Source: Nitrospirota bacterium
GTDB lineage: Bacteria; Nitrospirota; UBA9217
Direction: 5' to 3'
Assembly (NCBI GenBank): GCA_963740085.1
Contig: CAVUCU010000001.1
Coordinates: 928,001 to 992,000, forward strand
Length of the DNA: 64,000 nt
This document shows positions 19,716-30,544 of the stretch, piece after piece (within the stretch, counting starts at the first letter, position 1; each line of letters begins with the position of its first letter). The notes under the pieces were generated by a model. That model was given only the letters and a program-made list of their open reading frames with translations. It made no database searches and was not told where the DNA came from. The translations under genes and the position numbers were made by a program.

Positions 19716-20656
19716 TCGAGCTCCAGGATGCTCTGCGCAAGAAAGAGATCTGGGCCATCGGCGGCGGCAAGGGCGGGATCGGTAAAAGCCTGATCACCGG
19801 GAACATCGGCATCACCCTCGCGCGCCTCAAGAAAAAGGTCCTGCTGGTGGACGCTGACCTGGGAGGCGCGAACCTTCACACGACGCTCGGCATCGGCGTC
19901 CCGGAGATGACACTCTCGGATTTTCTGAACCGTCGCGTCAAGACCATCCAGGAAGTTATTATCAAGACCAGCATCCCGAACCTGAGCCTTGTCAGCGGCG
20001 CCCAGGACTTCCTCGACGCGGCCAACCCGAATTTCGCCCAGAAGACGCGTCTGCTCAGACACCTCGAGACGCTGGATGCGGACTATATCCTCCTTGACCT
20101 CGGTGCAGGCACCTCGTTCAACATCCTTGATTTTTTCCTGTTCTCGGACCACGGCATCCTCGTCGTGCTGCCCGAGCCCACGGCCATTGAGAACGCCTAC
20201 CGGTTCATCAAGAGCGCCTTCTACCGCAGGTTCAAAAAGGTGGTGGTCGATCAGAACATCAAGGACCTTATCGATGCGGCCATGGACCAGAAAAACAATC
20301 TGGGCATCCGAACCCCCTACGACCTCATCGAACGCGTGAAGTCGATGGAGCGGGAAGTGGGCGAGGTGCTCGAACTGGAAGTGCTCAAGTTCAAGCCCCA
20401 GCTGATCGTGAACCAGGTCAGGACCAAGAACGACATTCAGATCGGGTTCTCGATGAGAAGCGCCTGCCAGAAATACTTCGGCATCAACGTGGACTATCTG
20501 GGCTATGTGGAATACGACGATTGCGTCTGGCAATCCATTCGGAGCAAACGGCCGCTCATGATCGAATATCCCTACTCGCGTCCGTCTCGCTGCATAGAAC
20601 GGATCGTTCACAACCTGCTCAGAAAAGAGCAGCTTACGCTCAGCATGCTGTTCTGA
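19712..20656 (+). CDS. MinD/FlhG/ParA-family ATPase
   Basis: Deviant Walker A GGKGGIGKS, VDADLGGANL, DLGAGT, PEPTAIENAY; start overlaps scpB stop (ATGA). Confidence 0.9.
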   Translation: MIELQDALRKKEIWAIGGGKGGIGKSLITGNIGITLARLKKKVLLVDADLGGANLHTTLGIGVPEMTLSDFLNRRVKTIQEVIIKTSIPNLSLVSGAQDFLDAANPNFAQKTRLLRHLETLDADYILLDLGAGTSFNILDFFLFSDHGILVVLPEPTAIENAYRFIKSAFYRRFKKVVVDQNIKDLIDAAMDQKNNLGIRTPYDLIERVKSMEREVGEVLELEVLKFKPQLIVNQVRTKNDIQIGFSMRSACQKYFGINVDYLGYVEYDDCVWQSIRSKRPLMIEYPYSRPSRCIERIVHNLLRKEQLTLSMLF

Positions 20657-20824
20657 AAAAAGGGGGAGTTTCATCTTTCGCATACCAGGTCCGTCCCATG
20701 TGTCATACCGGGTTATCCGGCCTGTCAGGCTTCTATACGCTCAGAACCGCTCGAAAGGGGACGGAAACGGGGTTTTTGAAGCGGCCTCTTTGGCGCTTGT
20801 TATTTTTAGCAAGAGGGAATTGCC

Positions 20825-21691
20825 ATGATCAAAAAAATAGAAGATTTGAATTACTACGAACTGCTGGAGATAAGCCCCCGGGCGACCTCCCAGGAGATCC
20901 ACAAGGCTTATGAGCGGGTTCGGCGGGTGTACGAACCGAATTCCATAGCGCTTTACTCGCTCTTCAGCCCCGATGAGACCGCTGCAATCACCCAGCGGAT
21001 CGAAGACGCTTACCGGACCCTGGTGTACGAGGACAACCGGAAACGGTACGACGCACAGTTGAAAGAGAAAGAGCAGGAAGAGCTGCCTGATCTTCCGCCG
21101 CTCCCGGCCGACCCATATCAAACCCGTCAGGACCAGCTGTCATTCCCCTCTGAGCCGACGTACCAGCGCCGTCAGGATCAGCTGCCGCTCCCGTCCGAGC
21201 CGAAATACCAGCGCCGTCAGGATCAGCTGCCGCTCCCGTCCGAGCCGACGTATCAGCGCCGTCAGGACCAACTGCCGCTCCCGCCGGAGCCTCCCAGTCA
21301 GCCCCGTCCGGCCCAGCCGGCGCTCACACTGCCGTCGGAGAACCGCTTTATCAGCGCTTCAGAACCGCTGATAAAGCAAACGGCGCCTCCAAAAACCATG
21401 CATGAGACGGTCACGCCTGTCTCCCACTTCATCGCGGATTTTACCGGACCCGCCATCAAGATGCTGAGAGAGCAGAACGGTCTTCAGATGCGGGATATCG
21501 CCGATAGAACGAAGATCGGAACGCGCTACCTGGAATGCATCGAAGAGGAACAGTACGATAAATTGCCCGCGCGCGCCTATACGCGGGGATTTCTCATGCT
21601 CTATGCCAGGGCACTGGGCTGCGATCCGGAGCGAATGGCAAGTGACTATTTGAAAAGATACGACGCCGCGATGACACCAAAATCGAAATAG
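20825..21691 (+). CDS. degenerate J-domain plus RodZ-like HTH protein
   Basis: NYYELLEI...EIHKAY..IEDAYRTL..RKRYD (HPD replaced by EPN); C-terminal LRE..DIADRTKIGTRYLECIEEE.Y.KLP..Y.RGF..YARALG. Confidence 0.82.
   Translation: MIKKIEDLNYYELLEISPRATSQEIHKAYERVRRVYEPNSIALYSLFSPDETAAITQRIEDAYRTLVYEDNRKRYDAQLKEKEQEELPDLPPLPADPYQTRQDQLSFPSEPTYQRRQDQLPLPSEPKYQRRQDQLPLPSEPTYQRRQDQLPLPPEPPSQPRPAQPALTLPSENRFISASEPLIKQTAPPKTMHETVTPVSHFIADFTGPAIKMLREQNGLQMRDIADRTKIGTRYLECIEEEQYDKLPARAYTRGFLMLYARALGCDPERMASDYLKRYDAAMTPKSK
21116..21295 (+). repeat. in-frame tandem repeat, 4 x 45 nt (YQRRQDQLPLPSEPT)
   Basis: Units start at 21116, 21161, 21206, 21251. Confidence 0.92.
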
Positions 21692-21802
21692 CCGCTGCAG
21701 GTTTACGGAGCGCGGAGAGTTTTACGGGTAAACATTCTGCCTCATCAGACAGCTATGTCGATTCTTTTTCAAACTTGATATGTTCGCGCGACTGTTTGAA
21801 TC

Positions 21803-21909
21803 AAAATTTGAAAAATGCAGAGTGCAAAATGCAAAGGTCAAAATGAGGGGAAAAGACACCATGGCCTGCGGTCATATCTCAATTTTGCAATTTGAATTTT
21901 ACAATTTGC
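21803..21909. repeat. heptamer-unit palindrome (AAAATGC/GCAATTT family)
   Basis: AAAATTTGAAAAATGCAGAGTGCAAAATGCAAAG...TTTTGCAATTTGAATTTTACAATTTG. Confidence 0.6.
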
Positions 21910-21969
21910 TTTGGCTGCGGCCGAAGGCCGCGTGCTGCGGATAGGATGTTCATGATAGAGGAGAGAACT

Positions 21970-23601
21970 ATGGCGCCGGGCATTCTTGTTTTTATAGAAA
22001 ACAAAGATGAAAAATCATTTTTCGAAAACTTATTCAAGACCGATGATGTTCCCGTTTTTGAGACACACCTTGCCCTCGAAGCCATGAGGCTCCTTCAAGA
22101 TAAGGATATCGGCTTGATCATCGCAGGCAGTGTCATGGAAGGGATCGAAGGCGAAAGGTTCAAGTTGCTCGCCGAAAAGATACGGCCCGGAGTCAAGACC
22201 GTCCTTATCGGTCCCGTTTCCCGGGAGAACAATGGATTTCTTATCAACACCGATGAATTCAATAATCTCATCCGCACGTCCGTCAAAACCGAACATGTGC
22301 TGAGGAGAGAACTGGGGGATTCGAAACAGCTCGTCTTCGCTCTCGCCGACCGCCTGCTGCAGATCTTCGGGGTCAATGACCGCTATTTTTTCAATAACGA
22401 CCACCTCGTCGCGGAACTGGCATCCAAGCTGGGCGCAAAGATGGGACTCGAAGAAGATCTTGTGGATTCCATTCGCATGTCGGCGCTGCTCCGGGACCTG
22501 GGCAAGGTGGGAATTCAGCTTCAAATCCTCGAGGGAAATGTCCGGTTGAACCAGACCGAACTTACACCGATCAGAGAGCATCCGATCCATACCGTCCAGC
22601 TCCTGCGACAGATCCAGTTTCCGTGGAACCTGGACTCGATCATCGGCGAGCATCATGAGCACTATGATGGAAGCGGTTATCCCCACGGCTTTAAGGGCAG
22701 GCAGATCAGCATCGGGGCCCGGATCCTCAGCGTTGCTGACGCCTTTTATGCCATGACGACGGACCGCCCTTATCGTAAGGCCCTGTCTCAGGACAAGGCG
22801 CTCGAGGAAATTAGAAAGAACGCAGGCAGCCAATTCGATCCTGAGGTTGTTGAGGTTTTTCTCTCGACCATCAAGGAAGTTCCGGCCGTCAAGATCGCTG
22901 ATAAGAATATATTGATCTTCGAACGTGAAAATCATATCGCGGCATTGATCAAGCTCAGCACGAATGCCGACGAGATGCAGGTTTACCACACGTCCAGCTC
23001 CATCGATGCCATCGTATACATCAGGCATAGGCAGCCCGTCCTTGTCATCACCGACATCGAGGCGCTCCAGCCGGAGGCGACGACCCGGGTTTCTCATATT
23101 GTTCTTCAGATGGCGATAGCTCAGGAACGGAAAGTGCTGATCATTACGCCGGACAAAAATTATCCCAAGATCATCGGGGGTGATGTGGAGTACATTTCAA
23201 AACCCCTTGATATCGGCAAGTTGACGCAAAAGATCCATGAACTGATAAGCAGGGTCCCGCCGCCGGCGCCTCAGGAGCCCAAAGAAGGACTTACCGGCAA
23301 GATCGAGGAATTCAGCCTTCCCGACATCATTCAAATATTGAGTTTAGGCTTGAAGACGGCAAAGGTGGAGATAGAGGGAGACCGGGGAAGCGGCAAGCTC
23401 TATATTCTGAACGGCAAAATCGTGCATGCCTCCGTGGGAAAACTCAGAGGGGCCAATGCCTTCCTGGAGATCGTCAACTGGGAAACCGGGCAATTCTGCA
23501 TCAAGCACGGGCAGGTGACGGACGATATCAATGTGACCGCGAGCACCACCAGTCTTCTGCTCGAAGCCAATAAGAACATTGACAGGGAGTTGACCGCGTA
23601 A
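21970..23601 (+). CDS. HD-GYP-like domain protein with receiver-like and DUF4388 domains
   Basis: LLRDLGKVG (HD replaced by RD), HHEHYDGSGYP, DRPYRK, GSQFDP; C-terminal LTGKIEEFSLPDIIQIL..G.IVHA (DUF4388-like). Confidence 0.85.
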   Translation: MAPGILVFIENKDEKSFFENLFKTDDVPVFETHLALEAMRLLQDKDIGLIIAGSVMEGIEGERFKLLAEKIRPGVKTVLIGPVSRENNGFLINTDEFNNLIRTSVKTEHVLRRELGDSKQLVFALADRLLQIFGVNDRYFFNNDHLVAELASKLGAKMGLEEDLVDSIRMSALLRDLGKVGIQLQILEGNVRLNQTELTPIREHPIHTVQLLRQIQFPWNLDSIIGEHHEHYDGSGYPHGFKGRQISIGARILSVADAFYAMTTDRPYRKALSQDKALEEIRKNAGSQFDPEVVEVFLSTIKEVPAVKIADKNILIFERENHIAALIKLSTNADEMQVYHTSSSIDAIVYIRHRQPVLVITDIEALQPEATTRVSHIVLQMAIAQERKVLIITPDKNYPKIIGGDVEYISKPLDIGKLTQKIHELISRVPPPAPQEPKEGLTGKIEEFSLPDIIQILSLGLKTAKVEIEGDRGSGKLYILNGKIVHASVGKLRGANAFLEIVNWETGQFCIKHGQVTDDINVTASTTSLLLEANKNIDRELTA

Positions 23602-24404
23602 GTTCCCTTATCAAAACCTTTCGCCGCGCCCTGAACTCGTCATCACTGAGTGCAGGCAGACGATGCGGAACGTAGAGAATTTACCTGTAGTGTCGGTATT
23701 TACGTTTACAGGTATTGTAAATGCCGTTAGTGACCATCCCTCTAATCGAGTTCTATCCTTATCTTGGTTTGACAACTTATAGACTTCTTCCTGAATCCAA
23801 TGAAGTTTCTATTCATTGCAACGCATAAGGTTACAAACCGCATTCTTCATCGTCTTTCCGTAAAATACCTGTACGATACGAATACCCGTTCGGTACCCGT
23901 TCATACACAATCACAGTCATTGACATGTTTCCTCATCAGGTCTATATTCATCTTTTGTTCTATTTATTTGGCTCAAGGATGACAATGAGGGCTTATGTGG
24001 AAAAAAGTACCTAGGTCTGGGAATAACAGAAGATCAGGTGAAGATCGAAGAAAACTCAATGATTCAAACTACGAGGGGACTGAACGTAGAAATGGAAAAG
24101 ATCGGAGATATTGGAAGGACCGCAGGTCCTCTTGAGCTTTTATATGATCCTGCAAATACCTTCCTGAAGTCCTCGACAGCGGCGTCATTTTGAAATTGCA
24201 ACCTTCATCTCGAATTATTGTTCTTTACTGGGTGCTACTATTCAGATATACTCTCGCAATAATCTACGCTTATAGTTTCGTGTCGCATTGCGCCGGATAC
24301 GATTCCGTCAGCGTACAACATAAGGGTGGAATTATCAAAACTAACGGATAGCAGCAGGTCGTTGCTTATAAAGTTCATAGACTTCGTTAAAGATAACGAA
24401 CATA

Positions 24405-26144
24405 TTGTTACATGGTGTGGAAAATAGGAAACTGGCAGTGAATAAAATCTTGCCGGATATTTCCGGATACAGAGCCCTCTACAGACTGTCGATCTATATT
24501 GTGATCCTTGCCTGGATCATGGTCGGGCTCTATTTCTATGCGGTTACGAGGTCAGAATCCTCGTCAGTCGGGAGAATCGTTCTATTTCTCCTATCACCCG
24601 AGCAGTTTGGAAAAAAGTTCAGGGAATTAATACTGCTCGCCCCGCTTTTTCTTACCGTTATCAGTTATATCATCTATGACAGGGCCAAGCTTTTTCTGAA
24701 ATCAATCACCTCGGAACAGCAATTACGCCTTCTCCGAGACGATCTCATCCAGCGCACCACCGAGATCACCGCGGCGAATGAAAGGCTGCTCAATGAGATC
24801 GGTGCGCGTAAAACGGTGGAGGAACAGCTCCAGTATGATGCCCTCCATGATGCCCTTACCGGCCTTCCCAACAGGGCGCTGTTCATGGATCGTCTGGTGC
24901 ATGTGATGTCAATGGCGCAACGACACAAGGATTTTATCTATGCCGTGCTGTTTGTCGATCTTGACCGCTTCAAGGTCATCAATGACAGCCTCGGCCACGT
25001 AATCGGGGATCAACTGCTGGTTGCGCTCGGTAAGCGGCTGATGAACTGTATTAGGCCCCTTGATACCGTCGCCCGTTTTGGTGGGGACGAGTTTGCGATC
25101 CTTCTCGAGGACATCAGCGGCATCGGAAACGCAACCTTTATTGCCGAGCGTATCGGGACCTCGATGAATGCTCCTTTCCTGGTGGCCGGCCACGAGGTTT
25201 TTGCAACAGCCAGCATCGGCATCGCGTTGTGCTTGCGAGAGTATGAGAATCCTGATGAGGTCCTGCGTGATGCGGACACAGCGATGTACACGGCGAAATC
25301 GAGCGGGAGGGCGCAATATTGTGTGTTCGAGCCTGGGATGCACGCCCATGCGGTTGAGCGGCTGCGCCTGGAGACCGACCTTCGGAGGGCGGTTGAACGG
25401 AATGAATTCGTTGTGTTCTATCAGCCGATTATTTCGATTGCGACAAATTATATTGTCGGGTTCGAAGCACTGGTCCGCTGGCTGCATCCGGAGCGCGGTG
25501 TCCTCGATCCGGACGCTTTTCTGAAGATGGCGGACGAAACCGGCATGATCGTGTCCATCGACCGGATCGTGCTCCGAGAGGCGTGCCGTCAAATGCAGGA
25601 ATGGTTGGTTCACCACTCCCGTGAGGGGCTTTCCTTCATTAGCACAAACTTATCGAACAAACAGATGGTCCAGCCCGACCTCGTTGATTATGTTGATCGG
25701 GTCCTCAAGGAGACAGGGCTGAATCCGGAGCGACTCAAACTCGAGATCACGGAAGAGGTTATTGTGGACAATCCTGATAAAATGCTCGCTCTCCTGAACC
25801 GTCTGAAGGCGCTGGGAGTGCAGCTTTACATCGATGATTTTGGGACAGGCTATTCGTCGCTCAGCCACCTGCATCGGCTGCCGATAGACGGGCTCAAGAT
25901 AGACCGGTCCTTTATCAAGAATATGGGCGATCATGGGGAAAACCAGGAAATTATCAAAACAATCATGCTGCTGGCCCGAGATTTAAACATCAGTGTTATC
26001 GCAGAGGGAGTGGAAACAAGGAGTCAGATGGGACAGATCCAATCGCTAGGCTGTGAGCAGGGCCAGGGACATTTATTCTCAAGGCCGGTGGATAGCGACA
26101 GGGCACGGGTCCTGCTTGCGAACACCGATACTGCTCGTGCATAA
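24405..26144 (+). CDS. membrane-anchored GGDEF-EAL diguanylate cyclase/phosphodiesterase
   Basis: Two N-terminal TMs, HDALTGLPNR, RFGGDEF, FEALVRW, DDFGTGYSS, AEGVET. Start uncertain. Confidence 0.93.
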   Translation: MLHGVENRKLAVNKILPDISGYRALYRLSIYIVILAWIMVGLYFYAVTRSESSSVGRIVLFLLSPEQFGKKFRELILLAPLFLTVISYIIYDRAKLFLKSITSEQQLRLLRDDLIQRTTEITAANERLLNEIGARKTVEEQLQYDALHDALTGLPNRALFMDRLVHVMSMAQRHKDFIYAVLFVDLDRFKVINDSLGHVIGDQLLVALGKRLMNCIRPLDTVARFGGDEFAILLEDISGIGNATFIAERIGTSMNAPFLVAGHEVFATASIGIALCLREYENPDEVLRDADTAMYTAKSSGRAQYCVFEPGMHAHAVERLRLETDLRRAVERNEFVVFYQPIISIATNYIVGFEALVRWLHPERGVLDPDAFLKMADETGMIVSIDRIVLREACRQMQEWLVHHSREGLSFISTNLSNKQMVQPDLVDYVDRVLKETGLNPERLKLEITEEVIVDNPDKMLALLNRLKALGVQLYIDDFGTGYSSLSHLHRLPIDGLKIDRSFIKNMGDHGENQEIIKTIMLLARDLNISVIAEGVETRSQMGQIQSLGCEQGQGHLFSRPVDSDRARVLLANTDTARA

Positions 26145-26659
26145 TCATCAGCAGACGGCAAAGACGCTGCCATCACCATAGCAATTATCGCCACGAAGCA
26201 CAGTTTGAAGTTGTTGTGTTATCGCCGAAGTTATGGAGTAAGTTACAGTTGGTATACTTTGCCAGCGTTATAAAATTGACTATGCAGACTTGTAATTCCT
26301 CGTAAAGCCAGGATTTGACAGCGTCGAAGAATATCGTTTGAAACTTGCAGTATTTGGTACTTCCTGTACTCTTTCAAGTGTCCATTCATTGAAATACATA
26401 AGTATCAACCTATATTCGCTAACCCTTACATTTCATAAAATCTGCGTGTTAAATCAAATTAGCCTTAATGCTTTGAATTCTCCCACTCGCAACAGACGCA
26501 CAAAAATATACTCATTTTAAATAAATTATCTAGATGTGATATAATTATAAAAAGAATTATAAAAGCTTTTTTTTATGCAAGATCGAAGAGGGCTATTCCG
26601 ATTGACTTCACATAGCTTAGAAACCAGAAATAATTTTCTCAACTGGGAAGGAGAAATCT

Positions 26660-27082
26660 ATGAAACGACGCAATATTTATTACGCAGCTCTACTGGTTTT
26701 GGGCCTGACATTGAGTTACGGACTACAGTTTGCCAATTCGCAACAAGCTGCTCCGAAAGACAACAAAGGGTTCAAAGCAACAGTACAACAGGTCGTTGAC
26801 CTAGGTCCGGAGATCAAGGGAATGGAAGGTCGCCAATTGCGGATGCGGATGCTTACCATAGAGCCTGGTGGTTACATCGGCATCCATAGTCACAAGGACC
26901 GCCCTGCCGTGGTTTATTTCCTCCAAGGGACGGACACCGTGACACTTGAAGACGGTACGGTAAAGGTCTTTCTACCTGGAGATACTTCCTCCGCAAACAA
27001 GGATACGACGCATTGGCACCGGAATGATGGAAAAGATCCTGTCGTTTTGATTGCAGTAGACATATTTCACAACGAGAAGTGA
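26660..27082 (+). CDS. exported cupin domain protein
   Basis: Signal peptide; EPGG.IGIHSH..RP...Y.LQG and HWHRN cupin motifs; AAGGAG RBS. Confidence 0.88.
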   Translation: MKRRNIYYAALLVLGLTLSYGLQFANSQQAAPKDNKGFKATVQQVVDLGPEIKGMEGRQLRMRMLTIEPGGYIGIHSHKDRPAVVYFLQGTDTVTLEDGTVKVFLPGDTSSANKDTTHWHRNDGKDPVVLIAVDIFHNEK

Positions 27083-27127
27083 ACTAGAATTAATCGCTTG
27101 GGTGTCAACAAGCACCTATATGCTTAG

Positions 27128-27160
27128 AAGGACCTCGCAGTTGCAAGGTCCTTCATTTTT
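27128..27160 (+). terminator. intrinsic terminator after cupin gene
   Basis: AAGGACCT-CGCAGTTGCA-AGGTCCTT then CATTTTT. Confidence 0.6.
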
Positions 27161-27332
27161 GCTAACACTGCCTGGATAAATTGCTTGACAGTTCTTAGAC
27201 ACGAACGTGATATGGCCGATTGTGAATGTTGGCATTTTTCAACTTGAATATATTAGTAGTTGCAAACATTGAGAACTACATACTTGTAGGTGAAACACAG
27301 TTTAGAATTTATTCGATAGCGACCAGCACTCC

Positions 27333-30300
27333 TCACGTCCGCTTCAGCTCGCGTTCCTTCCAGATCACATAGATCGCCGGATAAATGATCAGTTCCAGGA
27401 TCGTCGAGGTGATCACGCCTCCGACCATGGGCGCGGCAATGCGCTTCATCACATCGGCCCCCGTACCGTTCGAGAACATGATCGGTACCAGTCCGGCCAG
27501 GATGACCGACACGGTCATGATCTTCGGCCTGATCCTCTTGACCGCGCCCTCCATGACCGCGTCTTCTATGTCGCGGAGTGAATGGATCTTTCCATCGCCT
27601 TTCCATTTATTGTACGCAAGGTCCAGATAGAGCAGCATCACGATCCCGGTCTCTGCATCAAGCCCGGCCAGCGCGATCACGCCGACCCAGACCGCCGTGC
27701 TCAGATGGTACCCGAGGAAATAGAGGAGCCAGACCGTGCCCACGAGCGAGAACGGCACCGCGAGCAGCACGATCGCGGTCTTGGTCCAGGACTCGGTGTT
27801 CATGTAGATGAGCACGATGATGATCAGCAAGGTGAGCGGGATAACGTAGAAGAGCTTGGCCTTCACGTTCTCCATGTACTCATACTGACCGCTCCACTGG
27901 AGCCTGTACCCCGCCGGTACCTTGACATACTCGGCGATGGCCTTCTTTGCCTTCTCAACGTATCCGCCGAAGTCGCTTCCGGATATGCTGAGGGTGACCG
28001 CCGCGGTCAGCATTCCGCCCTCGCTCTGTATCATGCCCGGTCCCCGTTTCACCTGGATATCCGCAAGCTGGCCCAAAGGCACCTGGGCACCTCCCATCGC
28101 CGGCACGAGGACCCGCTGCAGCTTTTCAATGTCATCCCGCAGTTCGCGGCCATAGCGGATGTTCACGGGATAGCGTTCCCTGCCTTCTACCGTGGTCGTC
28201 AGGTTCATGCCGCCGATGGCCGACTGGATCACCTCCTGCACGTCCTCGATCGTAAGCCCGAATCGGGCGATGGCGTCCCGGTTGATCGTAAAGTCGAGGA
28301 AGTATCCCGTGTTCGCCCGCTCTGCGTAGGCGCTTCTCGTGCCAGGCACTTCCTTGAGGGTCCGCTCCACATCGAACCCGATGCGCTCGATCTCGTCCAG
28401 ACGGGGTCCAAAGACCTTGATGCCGAGGGGCGTCCGGATGCCCGTGGAGAGCATATCGATCCTGCCGATGATAGGCATGGTCCAGGTATTTGCCACGCCG
28501 GGAATCTGCAGGGCGTTGTCAAGTTCATCGCGCAGGTCCTCCCACTTTCTGAATTGGGGACGCCATTCTTTTTCGGGCTTCAGGTTCACGATGGTCTCGA
28601 ACATCTCGAGCGGCGCCGGATCCGTGGGCGTCTCCGCGCGTCCGGCCTTGCCGAAGACCGACTCCACTTCGGGAAACTGCATCAGGATCCTGTCCTGGAG
28701 CTGGAGCAGCTGGCCCACGGTAGTGATGGACGCGCCGGGCAGCCCCGAGGGCATGTAAAACAGCGTCCCTTCATACAAGGGCGGCATGAACTCGGACCCG
28801 AGCTTCGTAAAAGGGATGATCGTGACACCGACAATGATGACCGCGATGATGATCACGATCCAGCGAAAGCGGAGGGCGAATTCGGCAACCGGCTGATACA
28901 CCTTCCGGAGCACATGGCTGATGGGATTTGCGTCCTCGTGCCGGATCTTGCCCTTGATGAAGAGCGTCATCAGCACCGGGGTGAGCGTGATGGCCAGAAA
29001 GCTCGCAAAGAGCATGGAAAAGGTCTTAGTGTATGCAAGGGGCTTGAACAGCCTGCCTGCCTGGGCCTCAAGCGTGAACACCGGAAGGAACCCGACGGTG
29101 ATCACGAGGAGCGAGAAGAAGAGCGACGGCCCCACCTCTTTTGCCGCGTCAATGATCACGTCAACCCTCGAGCCCGGCCTGCCCGCTGCCTCCCAGTCCT
29201 CGAGCTTCTTGTGGGCGTTCTCGACCATGATGATCGAGGCGTCGACCATGGCGCCGATGGCTATGGCAATGCCGGAGAGACTCATGATATTCGAGCTGAT
29301 CCCCAGATAGTACATGCAGATGAAGGAGATAAGGATCGCGATCGGAAGCGTCAGGATCACCACCAGGGCGCTCGGCAGATGGAACAGGAATATGATGCAG
29401 ACCACGCTCACGGCGATCCCGAGCTTGATCACCTCATCGCGGAGCGTATCAACGGACCGGTGGATCAACTCCGACCGGTCGTAGGTGGTGACGATCTTCA
29501 CGCCTTCCGGCAGGGACGGCTTGATCTCCTTGATCTTTTCCTTCACCCGCTCGACGACCGCCAGAACGTTCTCGCCGAACCGGACGACCACGATCCCGCC
29601 CACGGTCTCGCCCTTGCCGTCAAAGTCTGAGAGACCGCGCCGGATCTCGGGGCCGAGTTGGACAGTGCCGATGTCCCGGAGCAGGACCGGCGTCCCCTTC
29701 CCGTCGGTACCGACGGCGATCTTTTCGATGTCCGTTTTGTCCTTGATATATCCGCGGCCGCGGACCATGTATTCGCGGCCCGACCACTCCACCACGCGTC
29801 CCTCGACATCGCTGTTGCTCCTCCTGACCGCCTCCATCACCTTCATGAGCGGCAGATTGTAGGCCAGGAGCCGGTTGGGGTCTACGGTGATCTGATATTG
29901 CTTCACGAACCCGCCTACGCTCGCGACTTCGGAAACGCCTGGCACGGATTCCAAGGCATACTTGAGCGTCCAGTCCTGGAGTGACCTGAGCTGGGCAAGG
30001 TCATGTTTTCCGGTTTCATCGACCAGGGCGTACTCAAATCCCCAACCGACACCCGTGGCATCCGGTCCGAGGAGCGGCGTTACGCCGGCGGGAAGTTTGC
30101 CCGACACACCCTGGAGATACTCGAGCACACGGCTCCGCGCCCAATAAATGTCCGTTCCGTCCTCGAAGATCGCGTAGACAAAGGAAAGTCCGAGGAAGGA
30201 CTTGCCCCGCACAGCCCGAACCTTCGGCGCGGCAAGAAGGGTGGACACGATGGGATAGGTGATCTGGTCCTCGACCAGGTCGGGGCTCCTTCCCGGCCAG

Positions 30301-30455
30301 TCGGTGAACACGATCACCTGGACATCGGAAAGATCGGGGATCGCGTCGAGCGGCGTATGGTAGACTGCCCAGATCCCCCAGAGCGTGAGGAAACCCACGA
30401 AGAGGAACACCAGGAACTTATTTCGCGCTGAGAGCTCTATGATCTTGGCTAACAT
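27333..30455 (-). CDS. cusA: heavy-metal (Cu/Ag) RND efflux permease
   Basis: 1040 aa; LDAIPDLSDVQVI, GPDATGVGW, EFMP, PAPLEMFET, RIDMLSTG (Met sites), MKRIAAPMVGG. Confidence 0.95.
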   Translation of the reverse strand: MLAKIIELSARNKFLVFLFVGFLTLWGIWAVYHTPLDAIPDLSDVQVIVFTDWPGRSPDLVEDQITYPIVSTLLAAPKVRAVRGKSFLGLSFVYAIFEDGTDIYWARSRVLEYLQGVSGKLPAGVTPLLGPDATGVGWGFEYALVDETGKHDLAQLRSLQDWTLKYALESVPGVSEVASVGGFVKQYQITVDPNRLLAYNLPLMKVMEAVRRSNSDVEGRVVEWSGREYMVRGRGYIKDKTDIEKIAVGTDGKGTPVLLRDIGTVQLGPEIRRGLSDFDGKGETVGGIVVVRFGENVLAVVERVKEKIKEIKPSLPEGVKIVTTYDRSELIHRSVDTLRDEVIKLGIAVSVVCIIFLFHLPSALVVILTLPIAILISFICMYYLGISSNIMSLSGIAIAIGAMVDASIIMVENAHKKLEDWEAAGRPGSRVDVIIDAAKEVGPSLFFSLLVITVGFLPVFTLEAQAGRLFKPLAYTKTFSMLFASFLAITLTPVLMTLFIKGKIRHEDANPISHVLRKVYQPVAEFALRFRWIVIIIAVIIVGVTIIPFTKLGSEFMPPLYEGTLFYMPSGLPGASITTVGQLLQLQDRILMQFPEVESVFGKAGRAETPTDPAPLEMFETIVNLKPEKEWRPQFRKWEDLRDELDNALQIPGVANTWTMPIIGRIDMLSTGIRTPLGIKVFGPRLDEIERIGFDVERTLKEVPGTRSAYAERANTGYFLDFTINRDAIARFGLTIEDVQEVIQSAIGGMNLTTTVEGRERYPVNIRYGRELRDDIEKLQRVLVPAMGGAQVPLGQLADIQVKRGPGMIQSEGGMLTAAVTLSISGSDFGGYVEKAKKAIAEYVKVPAGYRLQWSGQYEYMENVKAKLFYVIPLTLLIIIVLIYMNTESWTKTAIVLLAVPFSLVGTVWLLYFLGYHLSTAVWVGVIALAGLDAETGIVMLLYLDLAYNKWKGDGKIHSLRDIEDAVMEGAVKRIRPKIMTVSVILAGLVPIMFSNGTGADVMKRIAAPMVGGVITSTILELIIYPAIYVIWKERELKRT

Positions 30456-30465
30456 GAATAACCCC

Positions 30466-30541
30466 AGTTCATAGTTCAGAGTTCAGAGTTCAGGTTCAGA
30501 ATCTAACCTTGAACTTTGAACGTTGAACATTTAACTTTTAA
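30466..30541. repeat. heptamer-unit palindrome (AGTTCAG/TGAACTT family)
   Basis: AGTTCATAGTTCAGAGTTCAGAGTTCAGGTTCAG...TTGAACTTTGAACGTTGAACATTTAACT. Confidence 0.75.
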
Positions 30542-30544
30542 AAC

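Noticed and set aside
21116-21295. Possible CRISPR array
   Set aside because: Contiguous in-frame repeats with no unique spacers and no cas genes.
23830-23930. 31-aa minus-strand ORF with GAGG RBS (MSMTVIVYERVPNG...)
   Set aside because: Too short and no recognisable homology; cannot be supported.
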